64,000 nt of DNA from Candidatus Sericytochromatia bacterium (GTDB taxonomy: Bacteria > Cyanobacteriota > Sericytochromatia > UBA7694): positions 101,131 through 165,130 of the forward strand of contig CAXRDE010000005.1 in assembly GCA_964229355.1 (NCBI GenBank). Reading direction: 5' to 3'. The notes beneath the pieces are model-generated. The model was not told where the DNA came from, ran no database searches, and was given only the letters and a program-made list of their open reading frames with translations. The position numbers and the translations under genes are program-made. Shown in pieces: positions 8,175 to 16,919 of the stretch. Within the stretch, counting starts at the first letter, position 1. Each line of letters opens with the position of its first letter.

Positions 8175-9389
8175 ATGCACAAACGTTTTCTCTGCTTTGG
8201 ATTATTACTCAGTCTCAGCGCCTGCGCGCCCCGGTTAGCGCCTGTTTCCACAGCACCGTTGAGCGCCTTAAGCGTCAACAATGCCGCCACAAAACAGGGG
8301 CTCAATGCGGCCTTCTATTACGCCATGGATGATTACAACGGTAAAACCCTGGAAGGTGCTCAGTATTTGCACTGGCAACTGGCCCAGGTGGGTTCACAGC
8401 AACAGTTAGGTCTTTACCTCAGTGCGGACTCCGATGAAAAAGGCGACGGTATTTGGAGCCGGGTCAGTCCCCAGCAAAACTGGCTGGGCCAGGGCTTTTT
8501 AAAGCGGGGAGAACTCGATACCGGCAGAACTCCGGCCCTGCGGGATTTTTTGAGTTGGATGAGTCGAGAAAACCCGGCCCAGCACACCCTGGTGACCCTG
8601 AGCAGTCATGGAGGCGGTTATCGCGGCATTATGTACGATTACGATGGTAACGTAAACGGTCCTTACGAAAACCTGAGCTTACAACAAACCGTCAAAGCCC
8701 TCGACAAAGGCTTTCAGGGCGGGCGCATGGATGTGTTACACCTGGCCGCCTGCATGATGGCCACCATTGAAGTGGCAGATGCGCTCAAAGGTGTCACCCA
8801 GGTGCTGAATGCTTCTGAAGACTTTAGTTTTGGGGGGTCAACGCCCTGGGAGTATATTTTGGCCGCTCATACCACACAACCCAATATGTCTCGCCTGATT
8901 CAAGACACCGTCAAAACCCCCTTTACCCGTGGCGCGTTCGCCCAGCAAGAGGTCAGTCAAACCTGGTCAGCCATTCAGTTAAACCAGGATTTTGAGCAAC
9001 TTGTGAAAGGGGTCGATCGCCTGGCCAAAGCGTTGATTCAGGCCCTGCCCACGGAATCCGCGAGCATTCAGCGGGCGGTGCAAGGGACCTCTATGTTTGC
9101 CTCCATGCAAAAGTGGTCCGACCATTACGGCGATTATAACCAGCGTGACCTGGTGGACTTTTGCCAACAGCTCTTAATGCACAGTCAGAATCCACACATC
9201 CGCGAAGATGCCCAGATGGTCATGGCACAGGTGCAAAAAGTGGTGGTGGCCGAAGCGCACTCCCCCGATCAGGGCATGGCCCACGGTCTGGCGATTTATT
9301 TGCCCAGCAATGGACAGGTGGATCCGGAGTACCGTCAATCGCTCTTTGCTCGACGCACCCTCTGGGATGAGTTTTTAGAAAAGCTTTAA
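8175..9389 (+). CDS. Lipoprotein, clostripain-like (C11) cysteine peptidase candidate
   Basis: Lipobox LSACA. His motif LSSHGGGYRG and Cys motif LHLAACMMAT in the order and spacing of the C11 His/Cys dyad. Confidence 0.5.
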   Translation: MHKRFLCFGLLLSLSACAPRLAPVSTAPLSALSVNNAATKQGLNAAFYYAMDDYNGKTLEGAQYLHWQLAQVGSQQQLGLYLSADSDEKGDGIWSRVSPQQNWLGQGFLKRGELDTGRTPALRDFLSWMSRENPAQHTLVTLSSHGGGYRGIMYDYDGNVNGPYENLSLQQTVKALDKGFQGGRMDVLHLAACMMATIEVADALKGVTQVLNASEDFSFGGSTPWEYILAAHTTQPNMSRLIQDTVKTPFTRGAFAQQEVSQTWSAIQLNQDFEQLVKGVDRLAKALIQALPTESASIQRAVQGTSMFASMQKWSDHYGDYNQRDLVDFCQQLLMHSQNPHIREDAQMVMAQVQKVVVAEAHSPDQGMAHGLAIYLPSNGQVDPEYRQSLFARRTLWDEFLEKL

Positions 9390-9422
9390 ATCTTATTTTT
9401 TAATCAAAGGAAGTCTCTTATC

Positions 9423-10031
9423 TTGGTTTCTTATTCCCTTAAAGCATTGGTTTTGTCTTTTGCACTTAGCGTCAGTTATAGCACCACATCTTTTGCTCTG
9501 CCGAAACTGGAGCAAAGCCAGGTGGTCTCCAGTATTCCTGATGAGATCAAAAAAGCCATGTATCAACTTAAAGCCATGGCTGAAATTTTTGCGGTTGACA
9601 GCGGAGGGGTTTACCCCTCTTCTCTTGAAGAACTCCATCAGGTGGCCATTGAAAATGCCTACGACTTTCGCAAAAGCGCAGTCGCAGACTCCGAAAAGGT
9701 TGAACCCCAGGATCCCATCGCTGGGAATCTCATCTTTATTGACGGAAGAGAATCTCTTTTTCTCATGAGCGAGCAACCCGGCTCCCCCTTATTGGGGCAG
9801 CACTATACCATCGTGGCCCATCCCACCCAACATCAAGGGGTGTGGAGAAGTGATGCAGATTTGACAAAGCTACCGACACAAGGTGCTGTGGTTTATTACC
9901 CGGTTAGCGCAACACCAGGCGGAGCTGCAAGTGGCTACGTGCTGGTATGGTTAACCGCTGAGAATCGGTATGCCTATCAGGTTTCTGATCAAAGCGCCTC
10001 GCCACGCCTTTTTTCCTACAGTAACGACTAA
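9423..10031 (+). CDS. Hypothetical secreted protein
   Basis: Signal peptide-like N-terminus (LSFALSVSYS), no known domain. Confidence 0.4.
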   Translation: MVSYSLKALVLSFALSVSYSTTSFALPKLEQSQVVSSIPDEIKKAMYQLKAMAEIFAVDSGGVYPSSLEELHQVAIENAYDFRKSAVADSEKVEPQDPIAGNLIFIDGRESLFLMSEQPGSPLLGQHYTIVAHPTQHQGVWRSDADLTKLPTQGAVVYYPVSATPGGAASGYVLVWLTAENRYAYQVSDQSASPRLFSYSND

Positions 10032-10037
10032 AACAAA

Positions 10038-10069
10038 AGAGGTTGCTTTATGAGCAACCTCTCTTTTTC
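10038..10069. terminator. Bidirectional rho-independent terminator between convergent genes
   Basis: Perfect 10-bp stem agaggttgct / agcaacctct with 5-nt loop, flanked by an A-run upstream and a T-run downstream. Confidence 0.7.
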
Positions 10070-10088
10070 TTCTCGCTCTAATCAATCA

Positions 10089-11453
10089 TTAGCTCAAGAC
10101 CGCCAGCATGTCTTCGATGCGGGTAAATTTACTGCGTGATTTACCTTTGGCTTCACCTGCGGCGACTTCAGCGGCGTCAATTTTTTTCCAATCCGCATAG
10201 CTCACCACGCGCACACCGGCACTGGCCAATTGGTCTTTGATGGGCGCTGTGTCAGGGACTTCACAGTGCAGCAGTGAAAGGTCTTCAAGCAGTAATTTAA
10301 CCGTGTCATAGCTACAGGGCTTGTTGGTGCCAATAATGCCTGAAGGTCCCCGTTTAATCCAACCCGCGGTATACATCCCGGTTTCAATACGGCCGCCTTC
10401 GTTTTGAAAAACACCCCAGTCCTCACGGAAAGGTACACCTGCCATGGGAACGCCACGGTAACCCACGCTGCGGAAGAAAAGGCCACTGTCCAAAGTTGTG
10501 GTTTCTCCGGTGCCCCGGGCCTTTTGTTGGCCCGCTTCGCCGCTGAGCGCATTGCGTTCTAAAACCACGTGTTCTACGCTGCCGTTCTCGCCCTCAAGGG
10601 CGACGGGACTTTGAAAAAACATCAGGTGCAGTTTACGGGGTTTGTTGGCAAACTCACCCGCTTGCGACTTGGCCAGCAGGTCGCGCATCATGGCCACGTT
10701 TTTACGTTTGGCCGGGTTCATTTCTAATTCAGCCTCATCGGCCGCACTTAGCTCCAGATCTGCAGGATCAATCACCACTTCAGTCAGTTCTAACTCACCC
10801 AGCTCTTTGGCTTCCTGAGGGGTAAAGGCGGCCTGGGCGGGCCCACGGCGACCAATCATGTAAATGTTTTTGATTTTGCTTTCCGCCAGCGCTTCAAGGG
10901 CGTGATCCGCAATATCTGTTTCTTTGAGTTCATCAATGCTCTTAGACAAAATACGGCAGACATCCACAGCCACGTTGCCCTGGCCAATAATGACGGCATT
11001 TTCGCGAGACAGATCAAACACCCGATCTTTGTATTCAGGATGACCGTTATACCAGGCCACAAACTCAGTGGCCGTATAGCTGCGATCTAAGTCTTCGCCG
11101 GGAATATTTAGACGACGATCGCTAGAAGCCCCTGAGGCAAACAATACCGCGTGATAGTGTTGGCGTAGGCTTTCCACACTGAGATCCTGTCCAATGGTGA
11201 CATTGCCCAGAAACTGAAAACCCGGATTGTCTGCGATTTTATCGTAAATCCGGGTGACATTTTTAATTTTGGGGTGATCCGGGGCGACACCACTGCGGAC
11301 CAGCCCAAAGGGGACCGGCAATTTTTCGTACATATCAACAGTGACGGTGTAATCGGATTTAAACAAAGCTTCAGCTGCATAAAAGCCGCTGGGGCCACTG
11401 CCAACAATGGCGACACGTAGTGGGGTTTCTGGGGTTCCTAAGGACATGGGCAA
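10089..11453 (-). CDS. fprA: NADPH:ferredoxin (adrenodoxin-type) reductase FprA-like
   Basis: N-terminal [20 protein letters not shown]-binding motif, [10 protein letters not shown] second nucleotide-binding motif, and overall AdR/FprA-like layout. Confidence 0.75.
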   Translation of the reverse strand: MPMSLGTPETPLRVAIVGSGPSGFYAAEALFKSDYTVTVDMYEKLPVPFGLVRSGVAPDHPKIKNVTRIYDKIADNPGFQFLGNVTIGQDLSVESLRQHYHAVLFASGASSDRRLNIPGEDLDRSYTATEFVAWYNGHPEYKDRVFDLSRENAVIIGQGNVAVDVCRILSKSIDELKETDIADHALEALAESKIKNIYMIGRRGPAQAAFTPQEAKELGELELTEVVIDPADLELSAADEAELEMNPAKRKNVAMMRDLLAKSQAGEFANKPRKLHLMFFQSPVALEGENGSVEHVVLERNALSGEAGQQKARGTGETTTLDSGLFFRSVGYRGVPMAGVPFREDWGVFQNEGGRIETGMYTAGWIKRGPSGIIGTNKPCSYDTVKLLLEDLSLLHCEVPDTAPIKDQLASAGVRVVSYADWKKIDAAEVAAGEAKGKSRSKFTRIEDMLAVLS

Positions 11454-11565
11454 TTACCTCTCGGTGCTCAAGTTAATGTATACACAGTGTACTATATGCC
11501 CCTGAACTCTGCGATTTTAACCTCTTCTTAATATCATAAACTTATAAAATTTAATTTCAGAGGGC

Positions 11566-11594
11566 TTGTAAAAGAAATTTTAAAGAACTATAAT
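11566..11594 (+). promoter_or_regulatory. Sigma70-like promoter (TTGTAA - 17 bp - TATAAT)
   Basis: -35 TTGTAA at 11566-11571, 17-nt spacer, -10 TATAAT at 11589-11594 in a 400-nt AT-rich intergenic region. Confidence 0.45.
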
Positions 11595-11784
11595 CATATC
11601 AGACATCAATAAAGGAGGTTAATCGACGATTCAAGAGGGATAACAATCCCTAAAGAGTAATTATTCGTTAATTTTCCGATTTTTTTAAAATTATCTTGCT
11701 TTTAAACCATAAATTAAGGGATTTATCCCCAGCAGTTTGCCCGCTAAGCGGCAAAGGTTGAAAGCCAGATAAGATGTCAAGGAA

Positions 11785-11835
11785 ATACCGTTTTTTTCAG
11801 ACGATCCAGGTTTGAGAAAAACGGTATTTTTTTTG
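11785..11835 (+). terminator. Intrinsic terminator-like hairpin about 40 nt upstream of the phaR-like start
   Basis: 13-bp stem ataccgttttttt / aaaaacggtat.. with 19-nt loop followed by a T8 run. With the promoter above it delimits a roughly 235-nt transcript (candidate sRNA or attenuating leader). Confidence 0.5.
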
Positions 11836-11876
11836 TGTTATTCTGACAGAAGATGCAACGTTCAAAGGATAAGACT

Positions 11877-12434
11877 ATGCGCGTAATCAAACGCTACGAC
11901 AATCGCAAACTGTATGACACCCAAACCAGTAAAACCGTTAACTTAGGCGAAATTGCCGATTTTATTCGTTCTGGTGAAGAAGTCCAGGTGGTGGACAGCA
12001 AGGGCAAGGATATTACCCCAAAAATCCTGGGTCAGATCTTTTTACAAGAAAATGTTGAAACCAAACAATTGATGTTCAATAAATTTGTACTCCAGGGTTT
12101 AATCCAGGAGAGTCAAAATATGGAGAGCATTATTAAAAAGTTTCTTTTGGGAGGCATTGGCCTGGCCTCTATGACTCGCGAAAAGCTCGACGAGTTGGTC
12201 AATGAACTCATTAAACGGGGTGAACTTTCTGAGGATCAACGGGCGCGCTTTGTGAAAGAAATGATGAACCGCAGCAGCAAAAGCATTCATAAAGTGGTGG
12301 ATAAAGTTGCTCACCACGATGAGGATACACCCGTATCTAAAGAAGATCGCATCCGCGAGCTAGAGGCCAAAATCGCGGCCCTACAAGCCGAACTGGATCA
12401 CACCAAGCAAGACAAACCCGAAGCAGGCAACTAA
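11877..12434 (+). CDS. phaR: PhaR-like polyhydroxyalkanoate synthesis repressor / PHA granule-binding regulator
   Basis: N-terminal RVIKRYDNRKLYDTQTSKTV matches the PhaR N-domain signature (IKKYPNRRLYDT). Start at 11877 has an AAGGA RBS; 11853 is an alternative start. C-terminal coiled-coil. Confidence 0.6.
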   Translation: MRVIKRYDNRKLYDTQTSKTVNLGEIADFIRSGEEVQVVDSKGKDITPKILGQIFLQENVETKQLMFNKFVLQGLIQESQNMESIIKKFLLGGIGLASMTREKLDELVNELIKRGELSEDQRARFVKEMMNRSSKSIHKVVDKVAHHDEDTPVSKEDRIRELEAKIAALQAELDHTKQDKPEAGN

Positions 12435-12436
12435 AC

Positions 12437-12856
12437 GTGAAGTTTTTACACACCATGCTACGGGTCAAAGATCTCGATGCGGCCCTGAAATTTTATGTAG
12501 ACCAGCTCGGTTTAGTGGAAATCGAGCGCAAAAAAAACCCGGCAGGACGCTTTACCCTGGTATTTCTCGGACCCAATCCTCATGAACCCATTCTTGAGCT
12601 GACCTATAACTGGGATCAAAGCGAAGCCTACTCCACGGGACGCTTTTTTGGTCATTTGGCCTTTGGTGTGGAAAACATTTACACCACCTGTACACAGCTA
12701 CAAGAAGCCGGTGTCGCCATTCTGCGTCCGCCACGAGACGGGAGGATGGCTTTCATTAAATCTCCCGATGGGGCTTCAGTAGAACTGCTGCAGATCGGTA
12801 ATGCTTTACCCCCCCAGGCCCCCTGGGATACCATGGAAAACCAGGGGAGCTGGTAA
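12437..12856 (+). CDS. gloA: Lactoylglutathione lyase (glyoxalase I)
   Basis: HTMLRVKDL, LELTYNW, GHLAF motifs typical of GloA. Confidence 0.8.
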   Translation: MKFLHTMLRVKDLDAALKFYVDQLGLVEIERKKNPAGRFTLVFLGPNPHEPILELTYNWDQSEAYSTGRFFGHLAFGVENIYTTCTQLQEAGVAILRPPRDGRMAFIKSPDGASVELLQIGNALPPQAPWDTMENQGSW

Positions 12857-13816
12857 ATGAAAAAGCAAACCACTCCAAGAGCACTCGTCGCCGGTGCAGC
12901 CGGACTGGTGGGCTCTGCTTTATGCCGCCATCTGCTTGAGCAAGGTATCGAAGTTATCGCCGTCGATAACTTTGTCACCGGCTCTGCCAAAAACCTACAG
13001 GAACTGCACAATCACCCGCACTTTAGCCATTATTGTCACGATATCTGCGAGCCCTTAACCTTAGAGCAACCCCTTCACTACATTTACCATTTGGCATCTC
13101 CGGCAAGCCCCGATGACTTTGATGGTTTGGCTCTGGAGATTTTAAAGGTCAATAGCCAGGGCACCGAAAATCTGTTGCAACTGGCCAAAACCCATCACGC
13201 CAAATTGCTCTTTGCCTCGACCTCAGAAGTATACGGTGATCCCCTGGTTCACCCCCAGGACGAAAGCTATTGGGGAAACGTGAACCCTTCTGGCCCCCGC
13301 AGTTGCTATGACGAAAGCAAGCGTTTTGGCGAAGCGCTCATCAGCCACTATGCCCGTTTACATGAAGTGGATTACGTGATTGCCCGCATTTTCAATACCT
13401 ATGGTCCCCGTATGCGTCTCAACGATGGCCGCGTGGTACCTGCCTTTATTCAAGCGGCCCTTAATAACACACCCATGCTTTTGCATGGTGGCGGTCAGCA
13501 AACCCGCAGCTTTTGTTATGTCGGGGACCTGGTCCGAGGCCTTGCCCATCTGATGCATTCTGACAAAACCACAGGTGAAACCTTTAACATTGGTAACCCC
13601 CATGAGTTTACTGTCGAAACCCTGGCCACCACCCTCTGGGAAATCGTCGGCAAGCCCGTACAAATGAAAACCATCCCATCCCCCAGGCCCGATGACCCCG
13701 TGCGTCGGCGTCCTGACATCTCTAAAATTAAGGGTGTGCTGGGCTGGGAGCCAGAGATCAACTTGCGCGAGGGACTGGAAATGACCCTGAAGTTTTTTAA
13801 CGAGACCACCCCATGA
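12857..13816 (+). CDS. UDP-glucuronate decarboxylase (UDP-xylose synthase), SDR family
   Basis: VDNFVTGS..NL, IYHLASPASP, STSEVYGDP, RSCYDESKR motifs. Confidence 0.8.
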   Translation: MKKQTTPRALVAGAAGLVGSALCRHLLEQGIEVIAVDNFVTGSAKNLQELHNHPHFSHYCHDICEPLTLEQPLHYIYHLASPASPDDFDGLALEILKVNSQGTENLLQLAKTHHAKLLFASTSEVYGDPLVHPQDESYWGNVNPSGPRSCYDESKRFGEALISHYARLHEVDYVIARIFNTYGPRMRLNDGRVVPAFIQAALNNTPMLLHGGGQQTRSFCYVGDLVRGLAHLMHSDKTTGETFNIGNPHEFTVETLATTLWEIVGKPVQMKTIPSPRPDDPVRRRPDISKIKGVLGWEPEINLREGLEMTLKFFNETTP

Positions 13817-15129
13817 AGCTAGCGATTATTGGTTCCGGATACGTGGGCCTCGTCAGTGGCGCCTGTTTTGCAGAGCTGGGTCACGAGGTGATTTGTATCG
13901 ACAGTAACCCTGAGAAAATTGCCCAATTGCAAGCGGGCAAGGTCCCCATTTATGAGCCCGACTTAGAAGGCCTGGTACACACCAACGTCAGCGCCGGGCG
14001 TTTGCGTTTTTCGACAGCCGTCGCAGAGGGGGTACGTTTCGCAGATATTTTGTTTATTTGTGTGGGCACTCCACCCTTGCCCGGGGGCGGGGTGGACCTC
14101 AGTGCCCTTGAAAACGTCATTCGAGAAATTGCCTCCCATATGGAGAGCTATAAACTCATTGTAGAAAAAAGCACCGTTCCCGTTAAGACCGCCGAATCCC
14201 TTGAACTACTGGCCCAAAAGCACCTAAAAAACACCGACATTCCCTTTGATTTGGCATCAAACCCCGAGTTTTTAAGTGAAGGGCGTGCCATTGCTGATTT
14301 TATGCACCCTGACCGCATTGTTCTGGGGGTTAAATCAGAGCAGGCCATGGCTCTGCTGGTTCAACTTTATGCGCCATTAAACGCTCCGCTGCTGATTACC
14401 GATATCAATAGCGCTGAGTTAATCAAGCACGCCAGCAATGCGTTTTTAGCCATGAAAATCTCTTACGCCAACGCGCTCTCTGCCCTGTGCGATGCCGCCG
14501 GTGCCGATATCAACAAGGTGACCAAAGGCATTGGTCTGGATCATCGCATCGGTCCCGAATTTTTAAAAGCGGGCATTGGTTATGGAGGCAGCTGCTTCCC
14601 AAAAGACGTTTCTGGCTTTATTAAAATTGCTGAGGAGCTGGATTATGATTTCACGCTCCTCAAGTCAGTACAAGACATTAACCAACATCAACAAGAACGC
14701 TTTTTAGAAAAAGTCTGTGAGGCCCTGGGTGCCCTGAAAGATAAAAAGCTTGCGCTTCTGGGGCTGTCCTTTAAACCCAACACTGACGATATTCGTGAAG
14801 CACCTTCTCTGGCTTTGATTAAAAAGCTACAGGCAGAGGGCGCAAAACTCAGGGTTTATGACCCGGTGGCGATGCAGCATGTACAATCACAGTTTGGTGG
14901 CCAACTGGTCTATGCCGAAGATCCTTATGATGCCTGCCAGGGCGCTGATGCAGCCTTGTTTTTAACCGAATGGCGCGAATTTACTTTTTTAGATCTTCCC
15001 CGACTCAAAGCGTGTTTGCATCAACCGGTCGTGATTGACGGCCGCAATATTTTTGAACCTGGAAAAATGGAACGTCTGGGCTTTCGCTACGCCAGCATGG
15101 GTCAGAACTCCCAGACGCCCTGGCGCTAA
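13813..15129 (+). CDS. ugd: UDP-glucose 6-dehydrogenase
   Basis: IIGSGYVGLVSGACFAELGHEV Rossmann N-terminus, GGSCFPKD catalytic Cys motif. Overlaps upstream gene by 4 nt. Confidence 0.85.
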   Translation: MKLAIIGSGYVGLVSGACFAELGHEVICIDSNPEKIAQLQAGKVPIYEPDLEGLVHTNVSAGRLRFSTAVAEGVRFADILFICVGTPPLPGGGVDLSALENVIREIASHMESYKLIVEKSTVPVKTAESLELLAQKHLKNTDIPFDLASNPEFLSEGRAIADFMHPDRIVLGVKSEQAMALLVQLYAPLNAPLLITDINSAELIKHASNAFLAMKISYANALSALCDAAGADINKVTKGIGLDHRIGPEFLKAGIGYGGSCFPKDVSGFIKIAEELDYDFTLLKSVQDINQHQQERFLEKVCEALGALKDKKLALLGLSFKPNTDDIREAPSLALIKKLQAEGAKLRVYDPVAMQHVQSQFGGQLVYAEDPYDACQGADAALFLTEWREFTFLDLPRLKACLHQPVVIDGRNIFEPGKMERLGFRYASMGQNSQTPWR

Positions 15130-16916
15130 GTTTCAGAAGCGCTCACGCTCTCTTCTTGCCAGGCATTGGTGCGGGCTAACTCCGCTTCAAAAGCTTGAAG
15201 CTCGTCTTGAACCCAGCTCTGCCGTTGTTTTTCTGACCAACCGTGTAAGCGCATCAGCAAATGGCTCATCAAGTCAGCCACAGACTGTGCCACACGTTTA
15301 CCCTGTTGTCGATCACGCAGCAAAATACGCTGGCGTCTTAACAGCACATCGTTAAGGCGCAAACTCTGTTCATAAAAAACACTATAAGCCACTTCCACAG
15401 GCAATAATGGCATTTCTTCAGACAGGCCAGGCATCGGTACATCGGCTTTGCCTTTTTCAAACAAAGGAATTAAAGTGGCCAGGGTGCGTACTTCTGAGCC
15501 ATAGCGTCTGAGCAGACGCTGTTGCCATACTTTAGGGAACACCGCAAGCACACTGTGCATTTGTTCAAAGAGAGCGGCCTCGGAATTTGCCTGGTGTTGA
15601 TTACACAAAGGAGTCAATGCCTGAACAGCCCCTTGAAACAGGTGGGGATCTTTTTTGCGCAGGTATTTTAACAGATCATGCGCCATATAGAGATATGTGG
15701 TCAGTTTACCGCCGGCCAACATTACAATACCTGTGGTGGTATCAAATATTTCATGATCTCGAGAAAGGTCCGACTCATGCAGCCCTGACTTGCCGGGTGG
15801 ACTCACCAATGGACGCCACCCACCAAAAGAGCTCACGACATCAGTTCGTTGTAAATGAGCGTCTGGATAAATGGCGTTGACGGAGGCCAATAAATAATCA
15901 ATGTCTTCAAGGGAAGCATAATTATCGTGGTCCAAATAATCGGAGCGGGTGTCCCCTTCATAATCCGTATCGGTGGTACCGACAAGGGAGTAATCTTCGT
16001 AGGGAATAATAAACATCCAGCGCTGCTTGCCACTGGCATCAGGCACACTTTTGAGCATGACCGCTCGCTCTACGGCAGTTACCCGTGGCACCACAATATG
16101 CACCCCTTTAGAAGGGCGTAGATAGGTGGGCTCTTGCGGATTTGCCAGTCGATTAAGATGATCTGCCCAGGGACCCGTGGCATTGACCACGTATTTAGCC
16201 CGCAGGGTGAAGGATTGATTTCCAATGAGGTCTTGCACGTGCACAGTATCGACGCGGTCGCCTTGTTGCTCAAAGCCGGTAACCTGCACATAATTAAATA
16301 CATCGGCACCTGCGGCCTGCGCTGTTTTTAGGGTTTCAATGACCAGGCGCGCATCATCACAGGCTGCATCAAAAAACTGCAGCCCCCCTTCAAAGTCCCG
16401 TTGTTCAATCCCCGGCTCCAGGCTCGCCAGCTGTGAGCGTCGGATAAAGCGATGCAAACGGGTATGCCCAGGGCTTGAAAGCCAGGAAAACACGTCATAC
16501 AACCAGCAGCCCAAATTAATAAACCAGGCTTTTTCTTCGTAACGCCGATAAACAGGCATCAGGAAGGGCACCTTCTTTGCCAGGTGGGGAAAGCGATCAA
16601 ACAACGCATTGCGAGCACTCAAGGCCTCAAACACCAGACCAAATTCATAATGCTCAAGGTAGCGTAAACCGCCGTGCAGAAGCTTCGAAGACTTGCTGCT
16701 GGTACCACTGGCAAAATCACCTTTTTCAAGCAGCGCCACAGACAAACCCGCCGCCACAGCCTCTTGAGCCAGGCCCGCGCCCACAATACCGCCTCCCACG
16801 ATCACCACATCAAACGTTTCAGGGTGACGGGACAATTGTTGCAAACGCCGTTGACGCACACGGGCCGAAAACTCCCGTGTGCCTTCAGGGTAAATGCGAT
16901 CCGTTTTACGTAGCAT
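15126..16916 (-). CDS. glpD: FAD-dependent glycerol-3-phosphate dehydrogenase
   Basis: DVVIVGGGIVGAGLAQEAVAAGLSVALLEKGDFASGTSSKSSKLLHGGLRYLE is canonical GlpD/GlpA. Confidence 0.8.
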   Translation of the reverse strand: MLRKTDRIYPEGTREFSARVRQRRLQQLSRHPETFDVVIVGGGIVGAGLAQEAVAAGLSVALLEKGDFASGTSSKSSKLLHGGLRYLEHYEFGLVFEALSARNALFDRFPHLAKKVPFLMPVYRRYEEKAWFINLGCWLYDVFSWLSSPGHTRLHRFIRRSQLASLEPGIEQRDFEGGLQFFDAACDDARLVIETLKTAQAAGADVFNYVQVTGFEQQGDRVDTVHVQDLIGNQSFTLRAKYVVNATGPWADHLNRLANPQEPTYLRPSKGVHIVVPRVTAVERAVMLKSVPDASGKQRWMFIIPYEDYSLVGTTDTDYEGDTRSDYLDHDNYASLEDIDYLLASVNAIYPDAHLQRTDVVSSFGGWRPLVSPPGKSGLHESDLSRDHEIFDTTTGIVMLAGGKLTTYLYMAHDLLKYLRKKDPHLFQGAVQALTPLCNQHQANSEAALFEQMHSVLAVFPKVWQQRLLRRYGSEVRTLATLIPLFEKGKADVPMPGLSEEMPLLPVEVAYSVFYEQSLRLNDVLLRRQRILLRDRQQGKRVAQSVADLMSHLLMRLHGWSEKQRQSWVQDELQAFEAELARTNAWQEESVSASET

Positions 16917-16919
16917 GGC

